Shown in pieces: positions 47,409-62,605 of a DNA stretch of 64,000 bases. The notes beneath the pieces were generated by a model. That model saw only the letters and a list, made by a program, of their open reading frames with translations, had not been told where the DNA came from and did not search any database. Location of the stretch: assembly GCA_016748015.1 (NCBI GenBank), contig JAAOMT010000134.1:1370757-1434756 (forward strand), written 5' to 3'. Within the stretch, counting starts at the first letter, position 1. Every line of letters begins with the position of its first letter. The DNA comes from Geosiphon pyriformis uo1 (lineage: Eukaryota; Fungi; Glomeromycota). Made by a program: the position numbers and the translations under genes.

Positions 47409-50400
47409 AATATATATAATTGGTTATTATATTATAAATGTGATATATAGATCATGTGATAAGATATTAATCATTTTTTATAGTCCCATCTCTCTATAGT
47501 CACTACAAATATGCTGACCAAAAGGTGTGATTATAAAGAGAGTTCACTATATAGCATATTGCTCAAGAATATGAATAATCTTGTAGAACCTAAAATTATG
47601 TATATATAGCAAGAACATTAAAAACAGAAAAAACAGAATAAGTACCAAGACTTCTTAGTTCTAGACTTTTTTCTTATCTATTTACTAATTACTTCACAGA
47701 TAGTTCATATTTATTGAAGGGAAATCATCAAAATATCAATAAAATACTTATCTATATCTAATTTATATTACTTCTATTTGATTGAGAAATATTCATCAAA
47801 ATTCTGACTATCAACACTTCATGTTGAAAGTTGCTAATACTTAACTATATTGAAACAATAGCTCTTAATCATGGCTATTGATGGGATACTAACATTTATT
47901 GCTTTGACTTATTTCTTTACTTCTTTTATTTTTTTTTCTTTCTGTTGTTATTTCTTATTGTTAACTAATTGATTAAAAAGATTGAGTACTGAATTATTAA
48001 TGTCAAAGATAGTCTGGTAAAAGACCCAGAAAGAAAAATATAAAATTTATAAATTAACAAATAGCTTATCAGAAGAGCATGACTGCCAGAATAAACTGGC
48101 CACTAAGCTGAAGAAAGAAATTTGATGGAATTGCAATTCCAGGAGGCTACTAATAAAACAATCATCGAATTTCTGCTTATTATACAAAGAACTCTAACCC
48201 AAAATTTTCAGATCACAAAAACTTTCAGATATTATCAACCATATTAGTTATTGAGCACCAAATTACGAGTTTGTTATTTGATTTGAGACCCCAAATAATC
48301 ACTTGTAACACCAGTTACAACTTTTTAGTTAGAATTATTAATATCAATAAATAATTATTTACTATCTAAATTACCTTTTCTATTATTAACACTTTATGTT
48401 GATAGTATCTACTACTTGATCATATTAGAACAATAACTCTTGATTACAATTATTGATGGAATACTAACATAAATTGTCTTGGCTTAAATTTCTTTATTTC
48501 TTTTCTTTCTTTTATTTTTTTTTTATTGTTGTATATTAATTGATTAAAAATTAAGTATTAAATTACTAATATCAAAGATTGCTTAGTAAAAAACCTCAAG
48601 TGAAAGGATAAAACATTGGAAATTAAGAATTACTTACTAGAGAATTGCTGGCCATTAAGCCAAGAAAAGAATTGATGGAATTGTGATTCTGAGAGGCTAC
48701 TGAAAACAACATTTGAATCTCTGTTTATTATACAAAAAACTTAACTAAAACCTTCAGATAATACCCATTATATCAGTTATTAAGCACCAAATTATGAGTT
48801 TGTTATTTGATTTAAGATCCCAAATAATCATCTATAACATTTGGTACTCCCTATGAAGTATAATCTTACAAAGAACCAGTATCAACAACAACCATTTAAA
48901 AGTGACAGAATCTGAAAAAAGAGGAACCAACTATTTAGAATTTGCCAAATTCTTATTCCAATACTACTGTTAACATTTGGAAATAACTAACAACCAACTA
49001 TCAACAGAATTAGCTTTCAACTTCTATATTAATAAAAGAATTAAATATTTTTTAGGAGAACCAGTAAATATAGAATCAGCAAAAAAAAATTTTTACTGTG
49101 AATTAATTCAATACACCAGTTTACCATTAAACTACAACTTTACCCCAATTATTATTGAAATTAACAGAGAAATTGAAAATTACACCCAACAAATATTTCC
49201 TATTATTTACACAAAAAAAGACAAAGAAAAACTACAAACACCAGCAGAAACACCAAAAAAAATACAACTACTTACTTAAAAGAAACCAAAAGTAGTTTCT
49301 TCTATTTATTTATCATATTACCATATATCAAAAAGTATCATCAATATAATATCAGCAGACATGTTCACATCAACTGTGAAAACACTGTTAGCAAGAATAA
49401 TATTTTAAAGCAACCAAGAAAAAGCTAATTTATTAAAAACTTATGGCAATTATTTTGAAAGATTCAAATTACAATTACAATGCCATCAGGATTTTGATCA
49501 CTGCTATTTCAACCAGATTTCAAAACCACTAATCTTTAAGAGATAATAGAATCAGAAGAAAAGGAAAACGAGAATCAAAAATTTAATTATCAAAACCTGA
49601 TTTCAGAAAACCTGGAAATTCAAATCCCAATTGTTTCAACCCAGCAACATCAGAACAATTCGAACTTCACCATTACTAATCAACAAAACTTACCTTCAGT
49701 AATCATGATCAATCCATCCCCCATTGCACCAATAGCTGAACAACAACAACAACAGCCACTACTACCAGCTCAGCAACAACTTCAACTACAATCACAACAA
49801 CAATAACTACTAGTACCAATGACTTATGTTTCAATTGCCAAACTTGAAAAATTTACTGGTAAAGAAGATAATGCACAAGTATGGCTCAATAACATAGAAG
49901 AAGCCATTGCAGCCAATAGATGAGATGATGTCAGAGCATTGCAGACCATCTCATATTTTCTTCAGGATACTGCCAACTTATAGTATCAAAATCTAATCCA
50001 AAAATCTCAAGATTTTAATAGATTCAAAGTTGAATTTTTGAAATATTTTAGTAACAATAATAGCATCAATCATTTAACTAACATTTTTACAACTATTAAA
50101 CAAAAAAAAACTAAAGCAGTCACTACTTATTTAGGACACTTTTATAGAAACCTGCACCAAATACAAACAATTAACACAAACTACTTTACTGTACCACAAA
50201 TTTTGAATCAATTTATTCATGGCCTGTACAGTAGTCTCTTATAACAGATACATCTAATACACTCATAAACACTTTAAGATGTCATTACTTATGCCTGAAA
50301 TTTTAAATTGGCTGAATTAGAAGCTAACCATGTTCAAACCATTAACTTAGTAATAAACAGATTATTTGAATTGGATTCTAAGCTAAAACAATTCAGTAAT

Positions 50401-52653
50401 TCTATCAACCAAAAATTAGAAGGATATTTAGCTAACAATTAGACAATATATTAGCCATCCTAGCATTGTAATTTAGGAAATACCAATTGATTTTAGCAGT
50501 AACTATCTTTGTTGTTATTATCATCCTCAGTGAATCAATCATGATAATCAGAGATGTGTGTCTGCTACAACTGTAGGAAACAAAGCCATTTGAGAATAAA
50601 TTGTTACACCAAAAGTAATAACTCACAATCAGAAAATCAATATTGCAACCCTAATTACTAGTTCCAAACTTTAAGCTATTATCCAAATTAAGATCAGTAC
50701 CTATCTTATTATGCCCAAATAATACAACAACCAATATACACACCCCCAGTATATTAGACTGCCACACCAGTAATTTATTAACCACAGCCACAACCTATCT
50801 ATCAACCACAATCCCAAGTAATCTATTAGTCTTAACAAATTCAAATACCACTACAAATTCCAGTTCAGATAACATCCAGAAACCAAAGACTGAGAATAAC
50901 CCAAAACTGGAGATCAGTGATGGTTGTTTATTAGTCAATTCCAAGCTTCTCAAACCAACTGTCAGAATCATGTTAGTGGAATTCAGAAACTGAATATGCC
51001 TAACATCCGAATTTTTAGAACTGTTTAAGTCTCCTAATTAGTTCAGAAGACACTTCATCTAACAAACCAAAATCCAACCAAAAGCAGCCTTTCATCAGCA
51101 ACATTCTACCAGCAACCATCATTGACAATAACTTATTAGAAATCATTTTTCCCTTTAAATTCAAAGAACTAGCAATTACACTCTTATTTAGTGGAGCTGC
51201 TCTTAACACCAAATCAATCATGGTCATATATACTAATACAAAAGTTGATGGCCACTTGATCAAACTAATCCTTAATAGTGGGTCAATAGGCAGCATTATC
51301 ACCAAACAACTTATGGACCAATTAAGTTACCAAGTTGATTGCACTGTTAGCACCAGAATTATTACAGCCAATAGAACAACTAAAACTCTTATTGGCAAAA
51401 TTGATGACTTTCTATCTAAAGTCAATGGTATTATTACACCTATAAAGGTTCTTGTTATGAAAGCCATACAGTACCAAGCTCTTATTAGTAATGACTGGTT
51501 GTTCAAAACCAATGCCATGCTTGACTGGAATACCCAAAAATTACAACTGAACCAAAACAACTAGAACATATAAGTACCAGCCACTTGTGGTCATTTTAAG
51601 ACCACTTTCAACAAACAGCCACTAATCAAGTTTAAAAAAAAAGAAAAAAAACCTACTTGGGAAATGTATCAGGTATCTTGAACTGAAAAAAAACACAATG
51701 AATTACTACTGGTACTTACTTGGAGAGAAAAGGAAAAAGTGAAAGAAAGAAAAAAAAAATTTCAAGCAAACATCTTTACTTATGTACCATATACTAATAC
51801 CATTCAACCATAGCTAAACTATTGTTAATCCAAGCTAATTTGTGTCAATTATAGCAAGAAATTGTCAACAATGGGTGCATGTTGTGGTAACAATGAGGAA
51901 TGGCCAACAGCAATCAAATACTACTGTTATGATTGAAACTTATACTTCTTATTAATTATTATATGTATTAGCCATTAATGTTATAAAATTAGCCACTCTA
52001 TTTTTAGAAAGTAATCATTGATCTGATCAATAACCTGATTATTGATTTAGTCATTGACATGATTGTTGATTACTTTTGATAGCTATATAAGCAATAAATC
52101 TTCTAGCTATAAAAAAGCATATAGAAATCAAAGAAATAAAATAAATAAAATAACAACTTTCATCTCAATCATTCTCTTATTGCTAATTTCTTTTTTTCTA
52201 TCTTTAAGTATCTGAATATCTTGAAATAAAAAATTACTTGTTGGTTGTTTTTTACCTTTTCCTAAAATATATAATTGCAGCATTTGAAGATTATTGAATA
52301 AAATGTGACTGAAGAGTACATCTAATACCTGATATTGAATTATAAGAGCACTGACATGAGGCATAGAATTATACCAAGTGTGATCATTTGTTAACAGTAC
52401 AAATTATCTTTCTATCTTCAGATTTCCTGGTTATCTTTAGAAAAGTATAGTAACTGAGATATTTTATGAGACTGATCTTGCATATTGAATCCATATTCAT
52501 TCAATTCACTCTTTAAATTTAAATTCTCTTTGATTTCTTTTATTACTCTACAATTCTGTTCTCTTTTGCTATCTGTTAGCTTGTTACTCCAACCCATAAC
52601 ATAAAAGTGGTGCTCTCTGTGTAGTTGTCAAAATCTACTTTGTTTCCTATTGT

Positions 52654-54206
52654 ATGGGTAATTATTCATACTTGTCACAACAATTAAAAGAACACTTTGA
52701 AGCACATAACAAAAATAATCTAGATTTTATTGAACTCAATCCTTTGCCCTTCTGCTTGATTTGCTTCCTTATTAAAAAACAATCCAGCAAACAATTCCAA
52801 GACTTTTGGAACTGGTTCCTAAATGAGCATTTAGCTGAAACCTATACAACTTATACAATCTATTATTTTGACCAAGCTTATTTTAAAGACAACTTTGAAA
52901 AAAGAAACAACAGTATCAATCAGCTTTTATACTCCACAACCTTTGAACAACAGCTCCCTGATTTCGAATATCTGAATCATCAAATCCACACTTGGATTGC
53001 TGTCTATTAAGCAACTGAAACTCACTTTGAAACAGAAGAAGAAAGCTATCAAACCATTTCTGTTTTTGATCTCTTTTCAAGTAAATTAGAACACTCTACA
53101 CAAACAGTTATACCTAAACCAATGGCTCAAGACCCTCTGCAACAAAACATTCTGATCATTCTTTAAAATATACAGACTGCTTTAGGGTAAAAAAACAACA
53201 TCTCATTACCATTATTCAGAAGTGATGTTCAAGATTCAATTAAATGATTGGATGACTTTAAGAGAGCTGTCACAGCAAATCAATATGATAATGAATACAA
53301 GTTTCTAATTGTTGGTGGCTATCTTCAAAGCTCTTCTGCTACTTGGTTCTCACAAAAAACCAATGCCAATGCTTAGCAAAAAATCATTAGATGGACACCA
53401 GCAAATGCTAAAAAAGATAATACCTCTTTTACTATCCAGTTTGAAACAAAATTTAGAACTCCTATCTTGATATCCAAATGGCATATAGAATTAGAAAGAA
53501 GAACTCAAGGCCCAGGAGAAATAGTAACTGAATACACTAAAGTCATTAGAAAACTAATTAAGCTGTAAACTCTAGTAGAAATTAGACAGAAAAGCAAAAG
53601 ATTCATTCCTTTACAAAAGGATTAAGAACTGATCTCTCATATGCTTTTTGGCCTTTTCTGGCCCTGAAAGATAATTTCACAATGAATATGGCCATTGAAC
53701 TTGCCCAGAGAATAGAAGACAACCAAAGAATGCACTTAGGATTTACTCTTCCAGTTTTTGCTCCTGCTCCTGTCATGGCTCCAGCTTCACAAATGGCTGC
53801 TATCTCTTTTGCCACTCACACTCAAGACCCCAATGAACAATTAATAGACAGACTTACTGATAACCTTGCTCAGCTATTAGAACCATTAGCCTAAGCAGTC
53901 AAAGACAACCAGCAACTCCAAAGACCCAGATTTGAACTCCACTTTAATTAGCCCCAACAACCACCATATCAAAGACAACAAAATTGTGGCCCACCTGTGT
54001 ATTATCACTGTAGACTAACTGGACACTTTTCCAGAGACTGCAACAATCTTCTATTGCTCTCTTCAGCTCCTAAAAATAATAACACCCAGAATAACAAACC
54101 CAACAATAATAATATTCCTAATCAAAGACCCAATCATGCCAACATCAATTTCTTTGAAGAGGATCCCTTAGTTGAAGCTATTGTTTATCAGCCTTTAAAC
54201 TGATAG
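52654..54206 (+). pseudogene. gag: A4 gag
   Basis: ORFs 52654-53010, 53682-53894, 53997-54203. Confidence 0.88.
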
Positions 54207-56881
54207 ACACACCTCCAAAGAGTAAGAGTGCAAGCCAACCAGAAAAAAACCCCTTTTACACTTTTAATCTAATTAATGATGACCATAATATGGATGAACT
54301 AACAATCAATATCTCTGACTTAACAAGAAAGAAGAAGAAAGCCAAGGTTGATTTCGTTCTAGATCCCTACAAAGCCTTAACTTCCATTGCTGACAACAAC
54401 AAACCACCAAAGGCTAAAGTTTTTAAAAATTCTCCAAAATTGGAACCTCCAGAAATAGTACAAAAATCTGGTCCTTATTCTGTTGTTAAAAATCTTATAG
54501 AAACCCCAACACACATTACATTTGGCCAACTAATGACCCATCCACAGTTCAGAAAAAATCTTCACAAATCATTAATACCAAAAAAAAAGACACCAAAAAC
54601 CAATAAGCATTCTTGTTAAGCTGGACTTGCTAATAACAGCAATGTTACTTCTCTGATTTGCAAAACCCAAGTGGCTGACTATTTTATTGATTTGATTCTA
54701 GACAGTAGATTATCTGTTAATGTAATTGCCAAACATTTTCTGGAAGCCATTGGAAGAAAGATTGATGAACTTTCTATCTGGTCTATAACCAATATACATG
54801 ATAACAAAAAAAAAGGTCTGGATATAACCAAAGCTGTTTCTGTTCGCATTAATAGTATCAGCATTGAAGCAGACATAGAAGTATCTAAAGCAAAAAAATA
54901 TACTATTATTGTTAGTAATGAGTGGCTTAAGAAAGCCAAAGCACTACTTGACTATGAACTTTATAAGCTAACCATCAAATATAATAAGAAACCCATTGTA
55001 ATTAAATGTTGTTATTAGACAACTTCTTCAGTAACCAAACAGAACCAAGAAGAAAAACAATCAGATAAATCAGATGATAATAAGAGTGATGATAAAAAAG
55101 ATCAAGAAAAACAAGAAAAAACTGCTGAATTCACCTATACTATCTTTACTAGCAATGGCAAGCCACTAGACAATGTTAAAGCTGACAAAGAAAGAATCAT
55201 GATAAATGGCAAGCTGATCTGCTGGTCCTACTATGACATCCTCAGAAGAATCTTTGATAAAAAACCTGGCAAGAAAGCCAAATACAGCTATTGGTGACAT
55301 GGTTCTTGTGCCAGGTGCTAGTATGATAAATCTTTGTATTCTCCTAGTAATAAATGCAAGTTCTGCCTAATCTATTATAAAGATTGGGAGCCAATTAATT
55401 TGATACCTAGAGAAGAACTAAAAGAAGTACAAAAGTCTTTTGAGAGTGAACCACCTGAAATCCAATTCTTAGTTGTAGAATAAAGAAAACCTTCCTTTGA
55501 AGAAAAAAAAGTGGACATTGAAAATCTGTTGGCTAGAAATGGCCCAATTATTTCAAAAGAAAATGACACTCCTAGACAAACTCATATAATACAACACATC
55601 ATTACCACAAAAGAAACTTGTCCCATCCATTTGAAGCCTTATCAATCTAATTGACACAATGATGAGTTTATCAAAAAAGAGATAAACAGAATGAAAGATC
55701 TTGGATTTATACAAGAAACCAAGAGTAAATAAGTTTTCTCAGTTGTAATAGTATCCAAGAAAGGTGGAATCCTATGCTTCTGTGTTGACTACCACCAACT
55801 AAATGCCATCACTATAAAAGACATGTACTCACTTCCCAAAATTAATGTAATGCTAGATAAATTCAATAGTGCTGCTTTTTTCTCAATCATTAACTTAACT
55901 GCTGGATTCTGGCAAGTAAATCCAAAAAGCAGAAAGAAAACTGCTTTTATTACCAACTATGACACCTATGAATTTACAGTCATGCTTTTTGGTCTTACTA
56001 ATACTCCTCCCACTTTTTAACACCTAATAGATAAAGTGTTTAAATCAGTAAAAGAAAACTTTGTTTTGGTTTACTTAGACAACATAATGGTATATTCAAA
56101 AATCTGGGATAAACATCTTGAACATTTACAGAAGATTTTTGACCTGCTCAGAAATGCTGGCCTTAAAATCAACCTGATCAAATTTTTTTTTGGATGCCAA
56201 TTTACTTAGTTCCTTGGTTATTTTATTACAAAAAATGGAATCTTCTCTGACCTAGCTAAAGTTGAAAAAGTTCAGAACATTAGACAATTAATAAATGTTC
56301 TTGAACTATGCTCTTTCCTTGGTTTGGCCTCTTACTATTGCAAATTTATTAAGAATTTCTCCAAAATCGCCTTTCTTCTCAATCAGCTACTCAAATAAAA
56401 TATCAATTATTACTGGGGCACTCATTAACAAAAAGCTTTTGAAATTCTGAAGGAAAAACTTGTTACTAAACCAATTCTCAAGCAACTTGATCTGAACCAA
56501 CTTTTTATCCTCTACACTAATACATCTGGCTATAAACTTGGTGCTATCCTTTCACAGAAAGATGAAAATAGCAAAGAACATGCCATAGCATATGCCAGTA
56601 GATCTCTTACACAAGCAGAAAAAAACTATTCAATTACTGAACAAGAATGTCTAACAGTAGTTTGGACTACTAACAACTGGGATTAATATCTTTTTGGTGC
56701 AAAATTCTTAGTGGTAACAGATCATTAAGCCTTGGTTTGGCTGCACAATAAAAAGAAGCTGAAACACAAATAAATAACTTGCTAGATACTCCACTTGAAT
56801 GAATTTGACTATAATATTCAACACCACAAAAGAGTAAATCATCAAAACACTAACACTTTCTCTAGACTTACCATCCAGTAA
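54194..56881 (+). pseudogene. pol: A4 pol (protease-RT-RNase H)
   Basis: ORFs 54290, 54671, 55823; ends TAA TAA at 56879-56884. Confidence 0.9.
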
Positions 56882-56945
56882 TAATACAACTTTTTAAACC
56901 AAACCAACTTAATTATTAGTAACTTCTTTACAAACAAACATGATA

Positions 56946-58260
56946 ATGGACTTGGACAACTACTCTGCCTTAATGGAATTTTTAGGTAAAGAACAATACT
57001 CACCAGAATACATTCAATAGCAAAGAAAACATTTGCACAAACAATCAAATTTCTATTTGATTCACCAGAACCAGCTATATAAAAGTAATAAAAAAGATTC
57101 TGACCACTTCCAGAGAGTCATCAGATTTAAAGAAAGAGAAATTGTAATATACAACATATACACTGACCCATTAGCTGGACACTTTGGAAAAACAAAGACA
57201 ATTCAGAAAACTTTAGCTTGCTGTTATTGGCCTACTTTAGGAAAGGACATTGCTGAATACATTAAAACCTGTGACATCTGCCAAAGAAGAAACAAACCCA
57301 ATTGCAAAGAAGATATTTATCCAATTTCTGTTGGTTAATCATTTGACAGAATTGGTATAAATGTTGTTGAATCTTTAACAATAACTCCTAATAACAACAG
57401 ATATATTATTACAGCTATTGACTATTTTACAAAATGAGTAGAAGCAAGAGCCACTCCAGACCAAATAGCAGTCTCAATAGCTAATTTTATTTATGAAGAT
57501 ATTATCTGCCATTATGGCTGTCCCAAAAAACTTTTATTTGATAAAGAAAGAGCTTTTTTCAGTACACTGGTTAAAGAACTTTGTAGAAAAATGGGAATAC
57601 ATCATAAACTTTCTTCCCCTTATCACTTCCAAACAAATGGCCTAGTGAAATGTTTTAATAGAACACTATATAAAACCCTAGCCAAAACCAGTAAAGAAAC
57701 AAACTTATGGAACAAAGTATTGCTTTCAGCTTTGTTTGCTTATAGAACTGTGAATCATGACATAACAAGTTATAAACTTTTTTATCTGTTCTATGGACGC
57801 ATAGCAACACTACCAATAGAAACTAATATTGAGACAATACCCTTTGAAGAGATCACAATAGGAAATTACAAAGACATTTTGCAAAAAAGACTTGGTATCA
57901 TTCTTGACTCCTTAGTAGAAGCACGAATAATTGCTTTTGAAAAGATAAAACAGTTCCAAGAAAAGCTTAAAAAAAAAACAAACCTATAAAACACTTTCTT
58001 TAAGTATTGGTAATTTAGTATTGAAATACTGTTTAGATAGAAACAATGTCTATGGTGATAAATTCTCTAGCTGGTAGAAAGAACTCTTTATAGTCAACAA
58101 AGTTTTGAACAATGATTTTTATATTCTTCAAGATCAATTCAGAACAATTTTCAATAATCATTTTGTTTATGGTACACAACTCAAAAAATATCATAAACGA
58201 TCTGATTGGTTGTCTGTTATGATAATACTGACTCAAATAATCAGCAAAAATTAAATATAA
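56946..58260 (+). pseudogene. A4 integrase ORF with its own ATG
   Basis: ATG GAC TTG GAC AAC at 56946; ORFs 57033-57338 and 57591-57989. Confidence 0.88.
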
Positions 58261-58301
58261 ATAAATGGTTTATTTCCAAAACAGAAATATCTTCAATCGA
58301 C

Positions 58302-58958
58302 ATGAACAATTATTTTCTGGATCAAAACATTCAAAATGCTTTCTATACTCTCCATGAGTATTGAATCAAAAACTATCTACATGCTACTTTGACTATTGGA
58401 AAACAAACCACCATAATTGATAACAGTGGAACACATACTGTTATTAGATCAAAGAAAACTACTACCAGAAGAAAAAAAATTGGTAGCAAAATGAATAAAT
58501 ATCTGTTAGAAAGTATAATAGCAGTTATACTTCTACTTTCCAGCACAATTGGAAAAACACTCCAAGAAATCTTACTCATAGACAAAAACTTGTTATATAG
58601 AAGGCAATTAGAACTCTATGGTTACCTTAGTAAAATCATAGAGGATATAAAACTCATAAAAAAAACAACTTCAAAGATACAGGCAGAAATTTTGGGCATT
58701 ATATGGTTAGATGTTCCAAGAGTTTTAACTATTGCTAAAAGAGCCAAAACTCTAATACAAAGATTTGGTTTCTTGGATACAAAACTTATTTCACCTTAAG
58801 TATTATATACCTTATCCACAAAAAACTTCAACAAACTAGTTAGCTTTGAGTTAGATAAAACTCTTCAAATAAATTACACCATAAATAGCTTGATTTCACT
58901 GAAGCTTAATCTCTTTGAAAAAGATGATGTTATGATTAAAACTTATACTTCTTATTAA
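58302..58958 (+). pseudogene. A4 ORF3 (218 codons)
   Basis: ATG 58302 in frame with ORF 58389-58799; stop lies inside the 3' LTR. Confidence 0.8.
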
Positions 58959-60384
58959 TTATCACATGTATTAGCCATTGATGTCATATAAATTAGCCAC
59001 TTTATTTTTAGAAAGTAATCATTGACCTGATTATTGATCTAGTTGTTGATCTAATCATTGACCACTTTTGATAACTATATAAGCAATAAATCTCTTAGCT
59101 ATAAAAAAACATGTAGAAATCAAAAAAATAAAATAAATAAAATAATAACTTTCATCTCAATCATTCTTTTATTGCTAATTTCTTTTTTTCTATCTTTAAG
59201 TATCTGAACATCTTGAAATAAAAAATTACTTGTTGGTTGTTTTTTATCTTTTCCTAAAATATATAATTGCAACATTTGAAGATTATTGAATAAAATGTGA
59301 CTGAAGAGTACATCTGATACCTGATATTGAATTATAAGAGCACTGACGTGAGGCATAGAATTATACCAGTGTGTGATCATTTGTTGACAGTATAGACTAT
59401 TTTTCTACCTTCAGATTCCCCAGTTATCTTTAGAAAGTATAATAACTGAGATATTTTATGAGACTAATCTCACATATTGAATTCATAGTAATTCAATTTG
59501 CTCTTTGAAGTTGAATTTCCTTTGATTCCTTTCATCACCCTACAATTCTGTTCTTCCTTGCTATCCATTAGCTTGTTACTCCAACCCATAATACTACTGT
59601 TACCTATACATCCTTGAATGCTTCAGATAACTTAAGCAACAAAGAAAATAGGACAATGAATCATGTCTGGCCTGTAAAGAAATGCTTTTGGACAAAGAAA
59701 TATAGAATAACATTTCTGGAAAAAAAGAAATGTGCAACAAATTATGCCAATACATGATTCTAATCAGCAATTGAATACACAAAAGAACACCAATAAACAC
59801 TGTCTGGAGAAGAACAGTAAAATGCTTAGATGATTGTTTACATAATAATGACAAAATTTGACAAATAATCCTCACCAAGATTGAAGACATGTCAAAAGAA
59901 GAAATAAGAAAAATCAAAAATAACCTGCCAGAACCCATAGAACTCGAGTCAACTTTGAACTCTAATATTATCTTTGATAATATAAATTCAAAACAATTCC
60001 ATGAACATTATTAAGACTTAGCACCCACCAAAAAAAAGCAAGAGCAATGTTTAGAACAACTAAACATCCAACTATGTGACCACTGTTTGATTTCATGTGA
60101 TTTTCAATATTGTAATGATTGTAATCTTATTTACAATTCACCACTATGCATAATCTACATGATTCCAGAAGAGAAAAAACCAATTAATTATTATGTATCA
60201 AAATCAGAATTAAAGTTTAATTCTGATTCAAACTCTGATAATAACAATAAAAACAATGGTTTTAGCTCAGTTCAAAATGACAACACCAATAACAATAATT
60301 CAGATTCCAATTCAAACCAGAACAATACATTGCACTTCTAGACCTTATAAAAAAACAAGAACTGAAATGATTCAGCAATAATGA

Positions 60385-60790
60385 TGAAAGTAGTATGTCA
60401 AAATGTGCACATAATACTAATGCAGAATTTGATTTTAGATATTCTAGAAAAAATGCTATCAAATTAGAATCACATTTGTGCATATGCATTGATCTGAAAG
60501 TAGCACTGAAAATTTCAACAATAACAATAGTTCAACTAACATCTAGGAATAGTTTAGCAAAAAAAAGAATCAACATCAAAAAAAAAAAATTGACACAAAA
60601 TATATAAAAAATATCATTGCAATGCTACAAAATAACTTGGAAAAAGAATATATTATTGAACCAAATAAAAAGATAGCACAGGCAATATTCCTACTTTTAG
60701 TTAAAATAGCTCAGTTAATGTTAGTAAGAAAAAAAAAAAAATTAAAAATAACAGCAAGAAGGATAAGTAGATTCAGATCCACAAGTAAGA
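60385..60790 (+). pseudogene. dut: dUTPase domain of B5
   Basis: AHNTNAEFDFRY, SRNSLAKK, KIAQAIF, RRISRFRSTS. Confidence 0.82.
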
Positions 60791-62605
60791 TAGATATATC
60801 AGTTAATATAGCAAAGAAAGAAATTATTGACAAAAAAGAAATTATCTTTACCTGTTAATCAATTTCTATCCTGTCATATAACTAGCACATATTAGCCATA
60901 AAAAGAAAAGTAAAAGATCAAGCTCAAATTTTTGAAGTAAAAACAACAATTTGTGAATTAGGAAAGATTGGACTTACTAATTTTACATACCAGCCAAAAG
61001 CTTGAAACACATAAAAATTCTCATCTACAATACAACTGGAGACATCATTAAAATACCAAAAAAAACCACTATCAGATATTTAAGCACTAAAGTTAAAGAC
61101 CAACCAAATACCATTCCAGATTTTCCACAACTGTGTAGATATGTAGATATTATATCATAAACAATATATGGATAAAAAGAATGCTATTTGCTCTAACCAA
61201 AACAATTAGAACAAATAAACTTGGAAAACTTAGATCTATTCCAACAAATGCAACTCAAAATATTACTTAACAATTTCACTGATATCTTTGTTAATGAAAA
61301 CAAATTTGGCCAAACTGATATTATCCAGCATTAGATCAAAACTGGAGATGCAATGCCAATCAAACAAAAACATACAGAGTATTACCAATTAGCTATAAGA
61401 TCATCTAACAGAAAATTAATCAGATATTAGACAACAGGTTAATTCAATCATCAATGAGTTTATGGTTGTCACCAGTAGTACTAGTCTGTAAGAAAAATAG
61501 AAAAATTTACTTTTGTGTAGATTACAGAAAACTCAACAGTATTACTTATGGAGATAGCTATCCAATTCCACAAATTCAGAAATTATTTGATGCTTTCAAA
61601 AAAAAGAAATGGTTCTCCATATTAAATTTGAATAGTGATTACTAACAAGTAGTCATAAATCCAGCCAATAAGAAAAAAACTGTATTCACAATTAAAGAAA
61701 GAAATTTTAAATTTGAAGTAATGCTATTTGATTTAACCAATGCACTGACAACTTTCCAATGGCTAATAGAATTGTCTATACTAAACTGCTATAGAAATCA
61801 GTAGTTGTGTATTTAGATAACACTAATGTGTTCTTAAAAACTTTTAATAATTATCTTTATTATCTACAACAAATGTTTGAAAGACTAAGAAGAGCAGAGC
61901 TAAAGTTAAATGCCACTAAATACTTCTTTGGCAAAACAGAATTGAAATTTTTGGAACATATCATAAGCAAAGGCAGCATTAAAACAGATTCAGATAAAAT
62001 TGAGATAGTCAAAAACTTTTCGGTACCAACAAACTTGACAGAACTACAGGCATTTTTGGAATTTGCTAAATACTATTGCTGCTTTATACAAAACTTCTCA
62101 AAAATAGCTCAATCATTCTATCAGCTTTAAGCCAAGAATGTGAAATATAAATGGACTGAAAAGCAACAAGAAGCTTTCAACATTTTAAGAAAAAAGCTCA
62201 TTTAAGCACCAGTATTGATCTATTCAGACCACAACAAACCATTCATCATTACCACCAATGTATCAGATCAAGTATTGAGAGCAGTATTATTGCAGAGAAG
62301 ACCAGATAAAAGAGAATACCCAGTAGCATATGTTAGCTAAAGTTTAAGTCCAGCTAAAAAGAACTATGAAACACCAGCACTAGAACACTTAGCTATTTAT
62401 TGGGATAGAAGAAATACTTAAGCCAGAAATTTGATATTTACACTAATCACAAAGGGTTGACATCAATTCAGAAGCAAGAATTTAGAGACAACTTTCATGC
62501 TAAATAGAAAAAAAAAATGAAAATACTGATAGTTTGTTGCAAATAAAACAAATCTAAGAACATTTCAACCCAAAAATATAACAAAAGATAAATATACAAA
62601 AATAT

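Larger units (their letters stand above)
43282..47549 (+). mobile_element. pogo/Tigger (Tc1-mariner) DNA transposon, 4.27 kb, with cargo
   Basis: ~23-bp TIRs CAGTGAACTCTYTTTATARTC; TA TSD at 43280-43281 / 47550-47551; host LTR rejoins when the element is removed. Confidence 0.93.
43101..48310 (+). repeat. Solo LTR of family B inserted in the B5 5' LTR, itself split by the pogo element
   Basis: TGTTAC...GTAACA; flanks TCAG (43097-43100) / CCAG (48311-48314); no PBS follows. Confidence 0.85.
51925..59593 (+). mobile_element. Gypsy family A copy A4, full length (LTRs 51925-52601 and 58928-59593)
   Basis: Perfect TSD CTAC (51921-51924 / 59594-59597); PBS at 52608. Confidence 0.95.
42807..62605 (+). 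mobile_element. Gypsy family B copy B5 (5' LTR 42807-43100 + 48315-48839; internal 48840-51924 + 59598-62605)
   Basis: PBS 48842-48858; ORFs 48977, 50038, 51220 (ILNSGS), 60395/60622 (dUTPase), 61454/61807 (RT); frame continues across A4 (KYY|CY). Confidence 0.9.

Noticed and set aside
52128-52364. A-LTR antisense ORF (also 59120-59380)
   Set aside because: Open only in the two LTRs of A4 and disrupted in other A LTRs.
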